A DNA stretch of 64,000 nt from positions 53,258,001-53,322,000 of the forward strand of contig NC_043000.1 of the NCBI RefSeq assembly GCF_006345805.1. Reading direction: 5' to 3'. Both the position numbers and the translations under genes were made by a program. Below are positions 13,081 to 27,409 of the stretch, one piece after another. The stretch's first letter is position 1. The number at the start of each line of letters is the position of its first letter. Origin of the DNA: Octopus sinensis (Eukaryota). The notes under the pieces were generated by a model. That model had not been told where the DNA came from. It saw only the letters and a list, made by a program, of their open reading frames with translations, and did no database searches.

Positions 13081-14835
13081 CTTGGGGGAAACTTTTTTTG
13101 ACCATTTTATAGTGTTATTGAGTGTGTAGTGGTGGGAAGGAATATAAGATAGTACAAGAGGGTGATGAATGGGGAGAAAGTGAGAGAGAGCATGTGTGTG
13201 TGCGTTTGTGTTTTGTATCTGAAAGAGTTGTTAAAGAAAAAGAAGGAAAGGAAGAAAAAGGAGAGAAAGAAGACCATAAATTATATTTCCTTTTTATCAT
13301 CGTCTTGTGACAGAGTGTGTGTGTGTGTATGCGTGTGTTTATGTGCGCGCGTGTCTGGTGCGTGTGTTTGTGTCTTTGTATCTGAAAGGAATATATAAAG
13401 AATTTAAGGAATATATCTCTTTATTGAAAAATTCAAAACGCAACTTAATATGCAAACTCCTCGTTGATCATACTTCCTTTTTCTACCTCATTCTTCATGG
13501 ATGGACTAACACAAATATATAAGGATACCATGCATTCATCACTTCAAGCTAAAACTTATATTCCTTAAATATCATTATTATTATTGTTGTTATTATTACT
13601 ATCATTTTTATTATATATGACATAACAATCTGAAATGTAATTATAAATTGGTTTATGCAAACTTATATAATTAGAAAATAACATAAATAAACCGTTAAAA
13701 TCTGAATGTTAAGTTAGCAAACAATTATATAAAAAAGATAATGCAAATGAAGCTAAAATGATAATTTTATAAATTAAGGTTTATTAACACCCTTTATCAC
13801 AAAAAATCGATAAACACAAATTGAAGAGCTCAAAACACATAGAGTTGTCTCCCCTTATTCATATCACAGGAACTGAAGAACTACAATTACTACTACTTCC
13901 TGTTTTACCAACACCCTTAATTAAACTAAGCAGTACATGGCTTTAATCCCATTGTATCCTAATACTTCAAGGTAATTTTTTCGTAAACAATCATTAAACT
14001 CAAGATACACAAAGACATCACAATGTATCGGAGTATTTATTTTTTAATTTCTGTACATATTTATTATTATTTTTTTGCAAAAAACAATATAATTTTCTTT
14101 TTTCCCCTTTCTCACTTTAAAAAAAATTTTTTTCCCTTTACAATTCTTGAAAAGTCACATTATGACGAAAACCGGTTTGAATTAATATATATTTATATAT
14201 TTTATCAATTTTTCAAAAACATTTTCCATACACCCATTTGCATTAAAATTTTCTTTCAATTTAGCATTCTGCATTTTTACAATTTTTCCTTGCTTATCAT
14301 TTCTCCACGTGCGGTCAACACAACCCTACCATTTATTGATCTATATATATATTCCTTATTTTCTATTCATTATCATATTATGAGGAAAGTTAAATTTTTA
14401 GTTTTTAGTTTTTTTTAGGAATTTGACCTGAGTAGTGACTGCTTTTGTGAGTAGAATCATTTTTCCGTTCTAATGAACTTGGATATGGTTTACTTATATG
14501 ATTTTATATAGTCCAAATTCAGCCATGAATCGCGCGTAGTCAGTGTACAAGTACTGACTTTTATACATTATATTATTGTATTAATTTTTGTTGTTCAATT
14601 TATACTTTATTTCATTTTAGATTGATATTTTTATGAAGAACGTTTCTTTGTATGGTATTTGGTGCGATTTTAAAAGTATTTGCTCTTATTATATGATTGT
14701 ATTAATCTTACTGTTCAATATTATATATTATTAAAATTTTAGATTAGTATTTTGTATGGTATATGTTTCACAGCATGGTTTTTGACTGGTTCTTCATTGA
14801 CTGAGGTGTAGAATGGTGGTTCCTCTCTAAATTAG

Positions 14836-14875
<40 letters not shown>

Positions 14876-15171
14876 ATTAATAATAGTAGGGAATATAAAA
14901 TTCCAAACTTACAGGGAAAAATTCAATTTAGCAATAATAAATAAAATTTCACAATGTATAAAATATTATATAATCAAGAAAAATAACCTCTATTAAGTAA
15001 TTCAATTGATAGTGAAAGATATTATCTATATTAAATCACATAGAGAAATTTAAATATATTATAATAAATATTACTCTAAAAATCACTAAATTAAATAAAC
15101 ATTAAATTGACTACGCACCTTTCGTGATTATATCCTTAAATCGATAATAAAATCGATAATATTAAAATCAA

Positions 15172-15211
<40 letters not shown>

Positions 15212-15852
15212 TTTTAAGCATATGTAAAGTTGGAATGGTACATAGAGGTATTCGGTAAAAACTAGTAAAAGAAAAAAGAAGTAGAATTTTCTATAATCTG
15301 ACGTAACTATGTAGAGTAAAACATGCGATTTGCTGGTGAATCGATGGATGCAAAACTGTTTGGACATTCCGTGTCTGTATCCTTAAAGGCTAATTGCACT
15401 AACCTACCGCCATTGTTCCTACCGCTACTGATGCTATTAATACAACTAAAACTACTTCTACGTCTACTACTGCTAATACCGCTCCTGCTACTTCTGCTTC
15501 ATATGATGCGGAAGAAGAGACGGAGATGGTGGAGGAAAAGAAGCTGAAAGCGGGAATACAAAGGTGGTATAGAGGATTATGAACACAATGCAACCACTCT
15601 TTCTATGATGGATTTGTTTCATAATTGGCATTGTGAATTTGAGCTTCAAATAATGAGATAATTTACAATTACGACTAATTACTTTTTGATTGCGTAATCA
15701 TTAGGGAAATACATTGATGTCCTAAACATGCTCTATTGCTTTCTTGATAGCGACGTATATTTCAGTTGAATACTTGTAGAATAAATAGCAACTTACAATC
15801 AGTTTAATTAACTGAAGCCGAAGAATCTAATTACCCATCTTCTTTCCGTTTG

Positions 15853-15899
<47 letters not shown>

Positions 15900-17859
15900 C
15901 CACGTGAAACAAATATTATTCACAATGATTAATCATATTTCATTTAAATATGTGACTTCAATGCAAGCTCGGTAAAACCATTCCTTGTGTAAACCTCATG
16001 CTATTGTGCCTTGTTCCGTTCTTGTGGATCCTGAGGAGCAATTTATGTTATTCGCAGAAAAAATTCTGGAATATTTCATGTCATTATATTCCTTTATCAC
16101 GAAGATGAATAAAGCGTGAAAACCAAAATGATCTCCTTATAGGAATTATAAAAATAAATCTTTATGTTAAATATCGAATCAATAGTTGCTAAATTTCAGA
16201 ATCTACTTTTGTTCGTGAAGTAGCGCAAATATATTTATGAGGCACATAAATCCTCACTCACACACGCACACACCCGCATACAAACACACACACACAAACA
16301 CGCATACTTAAATGCTTAAATAAATGCATGCATCGATTTCTGGAATCATTTACGTATACATGTATGTATGACAATTAAATTAAGAGAACTCATAATTTTA
16401 ATTGTTCCATTGCCTAAAGACTTTAGAATTATCTTCAGGTATCTATTTTAGTTCAATGCTAAAATTACACAATATCTCTCATACAACAACTTGAAAAGCA
16501 TTTGCAGTTGAAATCTATTTTAAAATGTTACTAAATGAGTTATTTGTTTATTTAATCCATACACATAATCGGTTAACGTTTCGTGTGAATTTGACATATT
16601 TAGTAATTTCCCACATAAGCACAAGACTTGCAGTTTGTGGAGAGGAATCAGATGATTATAAGAACCACAGTAGAAGGCTTATATTTCATTTAATTGACAA
16701 GGAAAGTATGAAAACAAGCTTCATCTCAATGGAATGTAATTTACTTGGGAAGGATAGAAACCAACTTTTATCGTGCCGGAATTTGAATTTAGAATGTAAA
16801 TATCCTAAAAATGTATAACAATGCTGTTTAGACGACGTACAATACAAATGAATTTATAAATATACCGTTCCCTTTAAAAATAATTAATAATGATTTCTTG
16901 CATAAGCAAACCGCCTTAAATGTGGTGGAGCGGGATAGTCGATTATATCATCTTCGGCATCTGACGTGTACTATTCTCTCCATCCTGTAAAGAGGAAGAG
17001 TAAATCTGACCATACCAGGATTTAGACTGAGAACGAAAAGAACCGAAACAAAGGCCTGTAGACATTGTTTCCAACACTCTAAAGAGTCTATTCTATTGTC
17101 GTATTTAATATTTATCTTACAGTAGGCGTAGAATCAGAAATTTGCAAGAGGTGGCTTCTAAATAAAATCTAACATTGTATTTCCCAGTTACAGTCTTCTA
17201 TTGATCGCGGTGAGATGAAAAGCAAATTAGGCAGAATTTGAACGCATACTCTAGTAATCTGAAATTAGTATACCAATGCATTTCTTTTATGCTCTAACGA
17301 TTCTGATATTCCACCACCCTACTATCCTCGTGAATAACTCATTCTATCATTGATGTTAAACTAAGATATTGAGTGGAGAGGAAAAGTTGATTACATCGAC
17401 TCTGGTACTCATACTGTTTTATTTCATCGAGAACACCTGGGGTATAAAAGGAAAACAGACCGGATTTGAACATTAGACGTAAAAAGCGGGTAGATGTAAA
17501 GTAAGACATTTACCCGACACCTAATGGTTCTGCCGATTCACTTAACCTTATATTAGAAAATAGATTTTAATAAATGAACAACCCTAAGAATTAAGGGGTA
17601 CGTAAGTGGATTATTGGAACTCCATAGCCTGCATGATACTATATCAAGTATAGAGGAGAGAAGAGCATAGTTAGCACAATAGGAGCTCGAACTACCAACA
17701 TAAACAACTGGAATTTGCCTTAAATTAAATAATGCATGCCGTTGATTTAAAAACAGTTCACCGATAAAATATGAAATTTTTCCTACGTTATTTAAGAACA
17801 CCAAATAGTACGGAATACTTTGTCAATATGTAATTAATAATCCTTTCTACTATAGGCAC

Positions 17860-18780
17860 AAGGCCTGAAATTTTAGAGAGGGTTTAGTCGATTACATCGA
17901 CCCAGTACTTAACTGATAATTATTTTATTGACCCCGAAAAGATGAAAGGCAAAGTCGACGTCGGTGGAATTAGAACTCAGAACGTACAGACGAAATAACT
18001 ATTTCTTTACTATTCACAAGGGGATAAACACAGTGAGGACAAGCAAGGATAGACAAACGGATTAAGTCGATTATATCGCCTCCAGTGCGTCACTGGTACT
18101 TAATTTATCGACCACGAAAGGATCAAAAGGCAATGTTGACCTCGGCGGAATCTGAACTCAGAACGCAACGGCAGACGAAATACCTATTCTTTATTACCCA
18201 CAAGGGGCTAAACATAGAGGGGACAAACAAGGACAGACATGGGTATTAAGTCGATTACATCGACCCCCAGTGCGTACCTGGTACTTAATTTATCGACCCC
18301 GAAAGGATGAAAGGCAATGTCGACCTCGATAGAATAAGAACTGAGAACGTACACACAAAATACCTATTTCTTTACTACCCACAATGAGCTAAACACAGTG
18401 AGGACAAACAAGGATAGACAAACGGATTAAGTCGATTATATCGCCTCCAGTGCGTAACTGGTACTTAATTTATCGACCACGAAAGGATGAAAGGCAATGT
18501 CGACCTCGGCGGAATCTGAACTCAGAACGTAACGGCAGACAAAATACCTATTCTTTATTACCCACAAGGGGCTAAACATAGAGGGGACAAACAAGGACAG
18601 ACATAGGTATTAAGTCGATTACATCGACCCCAGCGTGTAATTGGTACTTAATTTATCGACACCGAAAAGATGAAAGGCAAAGTCAACCTCGGCGGAATTT
18701 GAACTCAGAACGTAACAGCAGACGAAATACCGCTAAGCATTTCGCCCGGTGTGCTAAGATTCTGCCTGCTCGCCGCCTTA
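17860..18780 (-). mobile_element. SINE family B with one tRNA-like head followed by about five tandem ~180-bp body units
   Basis: Head at ~18720-18780 (GGCGGCGAGCAGGCAGAATCTTAGCAC... on the minus strand). Repeated units start near 18549, 18366, 18185 and 18000, plus a variant terminal unit at ~17860-18000. Confidence 0.9.
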
Positions 18781-21700
18781 ATATGTAATTAATAAGTACT
18801 CGTGCTTGTTTTCAAAACGAGAATACAAACACAAGTTTTGCAGAAATCTCAGATAAACTGGGGATGCGCTTGACATCCCAATTTCAATAGTGATGAATTC
18901 ATTTGCTGTAACATCGTTATCAATAAATATCAATGAGTGACATGTAAGAGAAATCGAATTCCTTTAGAGCTGTTTCATATCGATAACTGAAGTATTATGC
19001 TACAGAAATCGATTTACTAATATTCTATCTGAAAAATTGACGCAGCATAACATTTACATCTTGCTGTTAATACATTCATTTCTGTAAGTTGAACGTCACT
19101 TAATATAGTGGTACCAAGTAATTTATTGTATATACATCTACATTATTGGAGTTAATGCAGTCTCTCAGATCAATACCCATAAATATATTAGTATATCTGG
19201 ATGCATTCCATCTGCGTAAAGTCAATGGTCCGTGCACTCTTATATTTCTTACTTCACAAATGATGCTTTCATAACTATCAATAATACGTTTGTACATTTT
19301 TGGAAGCAATAAAGTAGCATGACGAAATATCTTTATATGCATTAATGACATTACGAGGATCTCTCAATAATATTCTTGAGGAGTTAGTTTCGTAATACCT
19401 GGGATAATGTTAAACATTCTACATCTAATCCTAGTACTAGTAATTTAGTACCGAATGTTTAATTGCAAACATCATTCCTGTTAATGTGGATGACAAATGT
19501 TGTTTGTATTGAAAAATATACACATACACCACAGATTATTATGATGTTGTTTATAGAATTGCCACAAGATATATAGTGCAATATAGTTTCTTTATGCTTG
19601 AACAGATGCTTTTTACTGAAAATAGTTTGTACAATTTTTAAGGGAGAAGCTATTGTTATTGTTAAAAGAAGGCATTTTTATAAATAAAAACAAACTGAAT
19701 AAATCAACTCAAAACTTTTCTTGCATTCGGCATTTGCTTTCTTTCTCTTTTTTTTGAACCGACACCTGGAAGAATAAAAAAATAAAATATAGCAATTTTC
19801 AAAGAATTTGGAAGTACCGAACGTAAATATGTGACTGTTTACTATGTACTTTTAATAGGAGAGGCAATACTGAATCTCTTGGTAATGCTTGTATTTGCTA
19901 GTATTGTGTTTATTTACTTGTGCTGCATAAAGTAGTATATTGCTATGTACGTTCTGTGATGAAAAATGTAATCTTTGCTAGGAAAATGTTATATGAAGAT
20001 TTTATTCGCTTGCTTGTAATATTCCTTCCATCCTAAATGATACAAAATTGATAATATACGTACAAGCAGCACATGACTCTTTCACATATATTCATTATGA
20101 AACGTAAAATAATCAAAATTACGAAAAGGACAATTCATTGTAAATGCATTATAATATTGGAAACCTTCGCTATCTATAGTATGTATTTATGGCATTTATA
20201 CTCTTTAAATGCCAAATGAAGGTTGTAAGCAAAATAATTTATCGAATTCACGAAGAACATTTATTTTAAATTGAAAATATTACATTAGGAGAAAAATCAC
20301 AGAACATCTTGTATCTTTTTTGATGCAATGCATAAAGAAATGAAACAATAAATTTATATAGTCAGATTGACCTAAATTTCAAGCACCAATTCTACAGACA
20401 GCTATTCTGCCTAAGGTTACGGTAGTAAAAACATTGTAATTGGCTTCACTGCATTTGATTAACCTATAATTTTCAGCAAAAAATCTTCAAAGATAACCTC
20501 TTAAAGGAATTTAAAATGAAATCGTTGCCTTTATTACTTTTATTGCTTTATTATTTTTTTTATCTGGAGGAGAGGATAGATTACTGGCATATACTTTAAA
20601 AAGAAAAATGAATGTTAGTTTGGCGGATTGGAAAGAGAATTGCGATCGATTGTCGATGTGCCAGGTTTTGGAGAAAATGGAGTCAGAAAAATTGTATTGA
20701 TATACAATAGCTGTCTTATGCTTGCACTCGTTTACTACCTATGTTGCTTAATAACGTTATATTGAATATTTACTTGATTATTTTTTATCTGTCTATCCAA
20801 AATATTGAGGAATCAGTAATACTAAGATACCTTCGGGAAAATAATGACATTAGATGAGGCATGAGGAAATTTTTTTATGAAGAACGATATATAAGCAGTT
20901 TATTAGGCCTCAATACATAATAGCTGTATGATCTACACAAATGAGTTGAATATAAATCTCACAGGTACTAGTATCACAAGGAAATGCTCTGGCAAAATAT
21001 AAACGATATAAAAATAAAAGATTGGCCTGAAAGTAAAGCATTAAGAGGTGAAGATATTTGTCAGAGGATATAAAATCTCTGTGAGAATACAAAATGAAGT
21101 AAAAAGTGAATCGGGCAGATTCCTTATATGAATAATAATGAAGTTTTAAATGCAAATTTCGAAATACAAAAATTAAGCTGTCCGTCAGTACTAGGCTGGT
21201 ATATATGTTCGCAATCTTATGGTAAGTACTAGGCTGGATTACATGTTCATAATGTAGGTAAAGCCTAGACAATCAACATTTGATCTGGAAATGTAAAGGA
21301 AATAACTTAATTCCCAACTGCAGTTCGAGTGACTCTCTAATAGCTTTCACAGCCGGAAAAATAATATCGGTATTATTGAACTATTGAAAGGGCGGTGGAA
21401 AAACAGCATGAGTGTGCTGGACAATTCATCTAAAATCCCATCGAGGTTAACCGTGCCTTTTTCGTTTTTCTAGTGTTCATAAAATGCATCACCTACTCAA
21501 GTATGGTTGTCTCAATAGTGGTATGTTTCCCCGCTTAATCCCGCTATCTTTAATAATTTCAATACGCAGTCATGATGGAGTGGTTCAGAAATTTGCCACG
21601 TATCCGTGACCTTTGAGTTTCGAACCTTCTGCTAGGCAAGAATGTTATAAACAGTACACGTACTTACTAGTAGTAATATAGGGTTTAGGGGATATGATTG

Positions 21701-24700
21701 CTCTAACGCAATGTTGAAACGTGGATATTTATACCACATTCAAATTTAGTTGGATACAGAAACCAATTCTTCAAATAGAGTGCAACACGCACAAACCAAA
21801 CTCATTACTTAAGATAGAGCTAAATGCAAAATTAATTAATTAGGTGATATCATCAGCACAACCTGTTCCGTTAATAATATATAATCATAACAATTATATA
21901 TTATTGCTGATGCTAAATAAATTAGGAAATTTAGACAGATAACAAGAGGATTAATGACAACGTTTGGAATACATTGCACGAAATCTGTTACAGAATGATT
22001 ATATTTCCCACGAGACCCACTGGTTCCATGACACCAGTGGGACAAATTTCTTAGGGAAAATATTGCATATCTTCAAAAGAATCTTCCAAAAATATCTACA
22101 AACTAATAATGGAAAATCGTCAAAAATATTTCGAAAAACAAGAGAAAGCTGAAATTGCAGACGTTGAGAAAGAGGGAAGTTCGACTTCAAATGATACCAT
22201 CTAAAAGCTAGAAACCTTGCTTAAATGTTTGAGAATGCAAGACTAAAACGACGGACAAAGCTTCACTTCGTGGAGAATATTGAAACCTGCTTAACAAACT
22301 GGAAAATTGAAACAAAAATTTATTTCTTCGCAGAATTTTCGGCTTCATTCATGATTGCTACGATAGAAGGATAATTGACTGAGTCACGGGATTAATGCCC
22401 CCCCCCCCATCACAAACCAGTACAAACTATGTAATGAAGCAGAACATTTTAGCTAACTGCAGAAAATTTAGGAAATTGAGAGAAGCCAAAATCTAATCTT
22501 ATCTAACTACCTTGAATTAGCCAATAGAAAATGTTAAAAATGGTTTTGGTGAGAAATTTGTTGCTGGAAGGAAATATTCTTAATTAAAATTTCTCCGTTA
22601 GTTGGAGAAAATCCAAAAGCCTGCTGGCAATTGCTATAAGGATTTTTGAAGAAAATGAATATAATTTCAAGAAGTTAAAACTTAATTTCTCACCGTTACT
22701 TTGCCTTGATAAAACAAGGGAAGTCTAATCCATGCTTGCAGATATGAGACATCTATTGATATGTCTCGGTTTATTAAAAACATCAGTGTAGGATTCTCTA
22801 ACAATGAAGTTTATAAATTTTGAGTGATAACTTCAACTTATTATAATTTCCGACAGTTTGGGATTTACATAATTTAAAGTGTTAGTATCCTTAAAGTATA
22901 TTGGTCTTCTCCATCTGGAGGGTTATCCCTAAGTTCATGTTATTGTTGAACACGTAGATGAGATTCTCAGATTCTTACAAACACTAAACAGAATACATCA
23001 ATCTTGATTTATGCATTGACTAAATATTGTTAAACAAGATTTCCTAATCTGTGAAACTGAAATAACCTTTTTATGCAAGATAACTGCAGCACTCATTATT
23101 ATTCACTTAATTTGGAAGCCGGGTAATTTGTTATTCAACATGCTGCATATCAATGTGCAAATCGAACTCACTATTAGAAAACATAATATAAACAAAATAC
23201 CATAGTGGGGAATATGGAAAGATAAATGTTAAAAAAATCCAGTTGGTGGTGTATTTCTTGCATAAAATATGCCTCTATTTTCTGCATGGAATGCTAGATT
23301 TTTGTCAATAAAAATGGTAGTTGTTTGACTGATCATAAGAGAATCGTATCCTCTGATGTCAACGCTTCGTTTCTAGTACTGTATACGCATAGGTGAATCA
23401 GTATTTCCTCTAAATAAATGCACCTGCTCAGGCAATTCTAACAAACGTATAGTTTCTGTTTAGTTCATCGTATGGGCTGGGAAAAATCATTTCATTTACT
23501 GTATCATACTACAGAAACATTTTATATTTGGATGTGCTTCTAACAGCTATTATGAAGCTTATTTAGCATACAACATACGCATTTCGCATAAACTGGATGA
23601 TCATTTTACCCGATAACAGGTGGATTTAGAATGATATGCATGTTCTGACATTCTAAAACTAAATGAATTTTTTTTTCCGTAGCACTAGTGACCAGGTCAA
23701 ATGAATGAAAGGAAACTGAATAACTGAAAAGTTACTTATTTTTCCGAGACTTATTTGCATCATAATTATTCGCATCAAAGAATAGTTTGAGCACATTACG
23801 GTAAACTTTCAGGGAACAGAGTTGTACAGTATCGTTATAGCTATGGTTTAGAGGCTCTTTTTCGAATTTCCACGCCTCATATCATCCAGATTTTTCCGAC
23901 GTCCAATTTTCTAACGTTCATTTCTCCAATGAGCTACTTTATTTCGGTCAAATTTTCCCACAGCACACGAGGTCGTTCTCGAAGTTCCAACTTATTTTCT
24001 ATCTGCTATTTTTCGGCCAGGTTACTTCGGTGGACTTCTACGATGTTGTCTCAAATAATCAGCGAGCTATTTACAGTTCATGTTATTACATTTTTTGACT
24101 TCCAATTTTGCTAACATAGATATCACGTAGACGTGCTTTTCCTTTCTATTTGTTGGGATTGTCGTATGCTTTCTCTTATCTCCAGGTTTTGCACCGCGGC
24201 CACACCCTCTCTCTCTCTTCTCGCTTCCTTTGTGTTGACCCAGTCTTTTCTCTTGTTTCATCATCTCTTTGGTTACTTTACATTGTTAACATGGAAAGTA
24301 AAGAAACAGGATGTGCGAATAACATCTATAGTAGAAAAATATGCATAAGTGTAAGAAGCTAAGGCAAAGTGTGAATAAATGTTCTAGTGCAAATACTTTA
24401 TGGCAATATGATAATATAATCAAATAAAATAACACAAAGCTAGAATAACTAATGTTCTTTCTTACCATTTTCTGCTACATTAGAGCCAAAATTCGTAAGA
24501 TCAATCAATGAAATTTCTACTTAGTACTCACACACACTATTAAACTTGCTTTCTGAATTTATGTTGCGTTATATTTCACCTAGTGATGGGGTTCGGTATT
24601 TTTTTTAACGATATTGAGTGCATGTATCTATCCAGTGTGTCACAGAAGAAAAACTGCGCTTTACTTAGGAGAATATCTCCAGAAATACTTTCACATTTTT

Positions 24701-25357
24701 GTGTAAATCTGAAATGGCACATGCGATCATCTCTCAAACGAAGCATATGCACAAATACTATCATAAATAAGTAGAAGATTAGCCACGATTTCTACATGCT
24801 TGGAAGGCATGTTTACTTTGCATTAACTCCTCCCTTATTTTACGAACTAAACATGGTTGAAAGGAGAATTCGGCTCTAGTGAGATTTGAATTGAGAACGG
24901 AGTAAACAAAGCAAGGCATTTTGTCAGACACTGTAAACATTCTGCCAAACAATTATCTTAATAACAATCATAATAGTAGACCTACTCAAGACAGACAGAC
25001 ATACGCACACACGCACACACACACACTGATACCCACACACATGCATGCCTTCATATACGCAGTTATTAGAGAAAGAAACTTACTAATTAAATTAATGATG
25101 ATGAAAGACTTAAACGAAAGATTTCTTAGGTATATGAAATTGAAATAATGAAACAAAGGAAATCTGATACAGTTATTTATTCAAAATCTAGTATATATCA
25201 TCTCAAGACAAAGAAGGAACCCCCAGATAACCCTCATTTCCTGTGTTATATATGCTCTCATACGAACATTCGTACATACGGACGTGCATGGATATATACA
25301 TACATCCATCCATACATACGTACGTACGTACTTACATACATACATACATACATACGT

Positions 25358-25391
<34 letters not shown>

Positions 25392-25456
25392 GTATGTGTT
25401 ATTTTTTTTATGTATGTATTTATGTATGTATGTATGTATGTATGTAGTAAAGTGAC

Positions 25457-25527
25457 AGCAGAGTGGCGCAGTGAAAGCGTGCTGGGCTCGTAACCCAGTG
25501 TTTGCCGTTCGAAACTACGCTCTGCTA
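25457..25527 (+). pseudogene. tRNA-iMet-derived pseudogene (anticodon position reads CGT)
   Basis: AGCAGAGTGGCGCAGTGAAAGCGTGCTGGGCTCGTAACCCAG...TCGAAACTACGCTCTGCTA closely follows the eukaryotic initiator tRNA-Met. Acceptor and anticodon stems pair, the T-stem is disrupted, and a T-rich tract follows. Confidence 0.8.
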
Positions 25528-25547
25528 AGCATACTTTCTTTTATATA

Positions 25548-25703
25548 GGCGCAGGCATAGTTGTGTAGTAAAAAGCTTTCTACCCAACCACATGGTGCTG
25601 CGTGGCACTTACAGATATTGTCTTATACTATATAACTTCGAGCCGATCTGATGAAACTCTTGTCAGAGGAAATGGTATAGGGATACTGAAAGAAGCCCAT
25701 CGT

Positions 25704-25743
<40 letters not shown>

Positions 25744-25950
25744 CTGTGTGTCTGTCGTTGTCCCACCACCATCGCTTGATAACCGACGCTGGTGTGTTTA
25801 GGTCCTTGTGACTTAGCAGTTCGGTGAAAGAGGCAGATAGAATAAGTACTAGGCTTACAAAGAATAAGTTCGGGAGTAGATTTCTTCGACTAAAAGCGAA
25901 GCGGTGCTCTAGTATGGCCGCAATCAAATGATTAAATCAAGTAAAAGAAT
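25548..25950 (+). mobile_element. SINE family A, near full length
   Basis: GGCGCAGGCATAGTTGTGTAGTAAAAAGC head, GAAAGAAGCCCATCGTAGATATAT centre and GGTGCTCTAGTATGGCCGCAATCAAATGA...AAGTAAAAG end, collinear with the 11592-12029 copy. Confidence 0.85.
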
Positions 25951-26726
25951 ACAAGAATACATGTGTGTGTGTGTGTATGTTTGTGTATTTGAGTATACAC
26001 AAACACGCGCGCACACACACACACGCATACACACACACACACACATATATATACAGAGGTAAGGGAGAGATGAGGGGAGAGACAAAGAGAAAAGGCTATT
26101 ATTTGTAACAACATAAGGTCTTTAAGAAGTTATACTGTTGCAGAGGCTTTCTCATTGTCATATCAATGCTTTGTGTTCCGAATACATTCCAACACATTTT
26201 TCCAACACACGAAAAGTTTCTTTTTTTAAACTCCACCACCAAAATGAAAACAAAGAAGTCAAGAAGAATTACAGGATTTTGCATATTTTACGAAATTATC
26301 ATTATGACATAAACATTCTTTCAGCATTTATTCTGTATTCACTGCATGTTCTTTCGTTTCCTTATTGCACACGTGTTGACCACTTTTTTATTGTTTCGTT
26401 CTTGTTACATTCTTGTGTAACGTGGAGTAGATGAAATTAAGGCGACTGAAGAAGGGGAATTTTCCTTGTTTTGTATGTCCTGTACTCTTTTTTTTCGTTG
26501 TTTAAAAAAATGTCCATTTCCTTGGTTTTGTGTTTATGTTTTCGTTTCTCATTGTGTTCAACGTTTTTTGGTGTCCTGTACCCATATATGTATGTATATA
26601 TACATGTAGAGGTAGGTACGTACATATATGTATGTATATATGCATATGTTTTATATATATATATATATGTGCCCCAGCATGGCCACAGCTCATAAGCTGA
26701 AACTAGAATCAATCAATCAATCATAT

Positions 26727-26831
<105 letters not shown>

Positions 26832-27409
26832 TGTATGTATACATATATAGTTCCAATTTACAGAAAACAAAAGACGAAAACAGGTGAGGGAAAACCCTAA
26901 GTATACCCGTTGATTGTTGAAGTATAAAGACGTGTTTTTACTCCTCTCTGCCGGTCAGCAGCAAGCTTCACAGCTACAAACGAAATTGACCACCACATAT
27001 ATTCCTATATATTTGAAACCATGCGTTTCCCAACTCGTGAGTAGACTTTTCTTTAACTGCAATTTGTTATTTTCATTAATTTCAAACAACCAAATAAACA
27101 AAACCACACACACCTATGTGACAGTATTTATTTATATATACACTTCGTCAACACCTTCTGGTAACTAAAGGATCACCCACACATTAAACATTAGAAAAAA
27201 AAAAGAAAAGAAAGATAAAATAACTGCAAATTCATAATTCAAATACAATCACAAATCTCTCAGTATTACAGCAAACATTCTGTACAATCTATTCTACATA
27301 CTTCTCCAGGAATTATCAAGGAATCAGGGAACCCACAAAAAATAAATAAATAAAGATAATCAACAAAACAAACAAATAAAATAAAATTTAATAAAATATA
27401 TCCACCAGA

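Noticed and set aside
15323-15593. ORFs with Leu/Thr/Glu-rich composition
   Set aside because: They derive from degenerate (CTA/CTG)n and purine-rich simple repeats.
17860-18780. Regularly spaced repeats as a CRISPR-like array
   Set aside because: The units are contiguous ~180-bp SINE bodies with no unique spacers, in a eukaryotic context with no cas genes.
21960-22300. Weak resemblance to the pogo/Tigger PPNTTS.LQP.DQ motif (IFPTRPTGSMTPVGQ)
   Set aside because: The similarity is marginal, and no other DDE motifs or TIRs were found.
25640-25710. CTGATGA...GGAAA hammerhead-like string
   Set aside because: It lies in a diverged SINE A segment whose other copies read AAGCCTTGTGAG.GGATTTGG, and stems I and II do not pair properly. 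Chance match.
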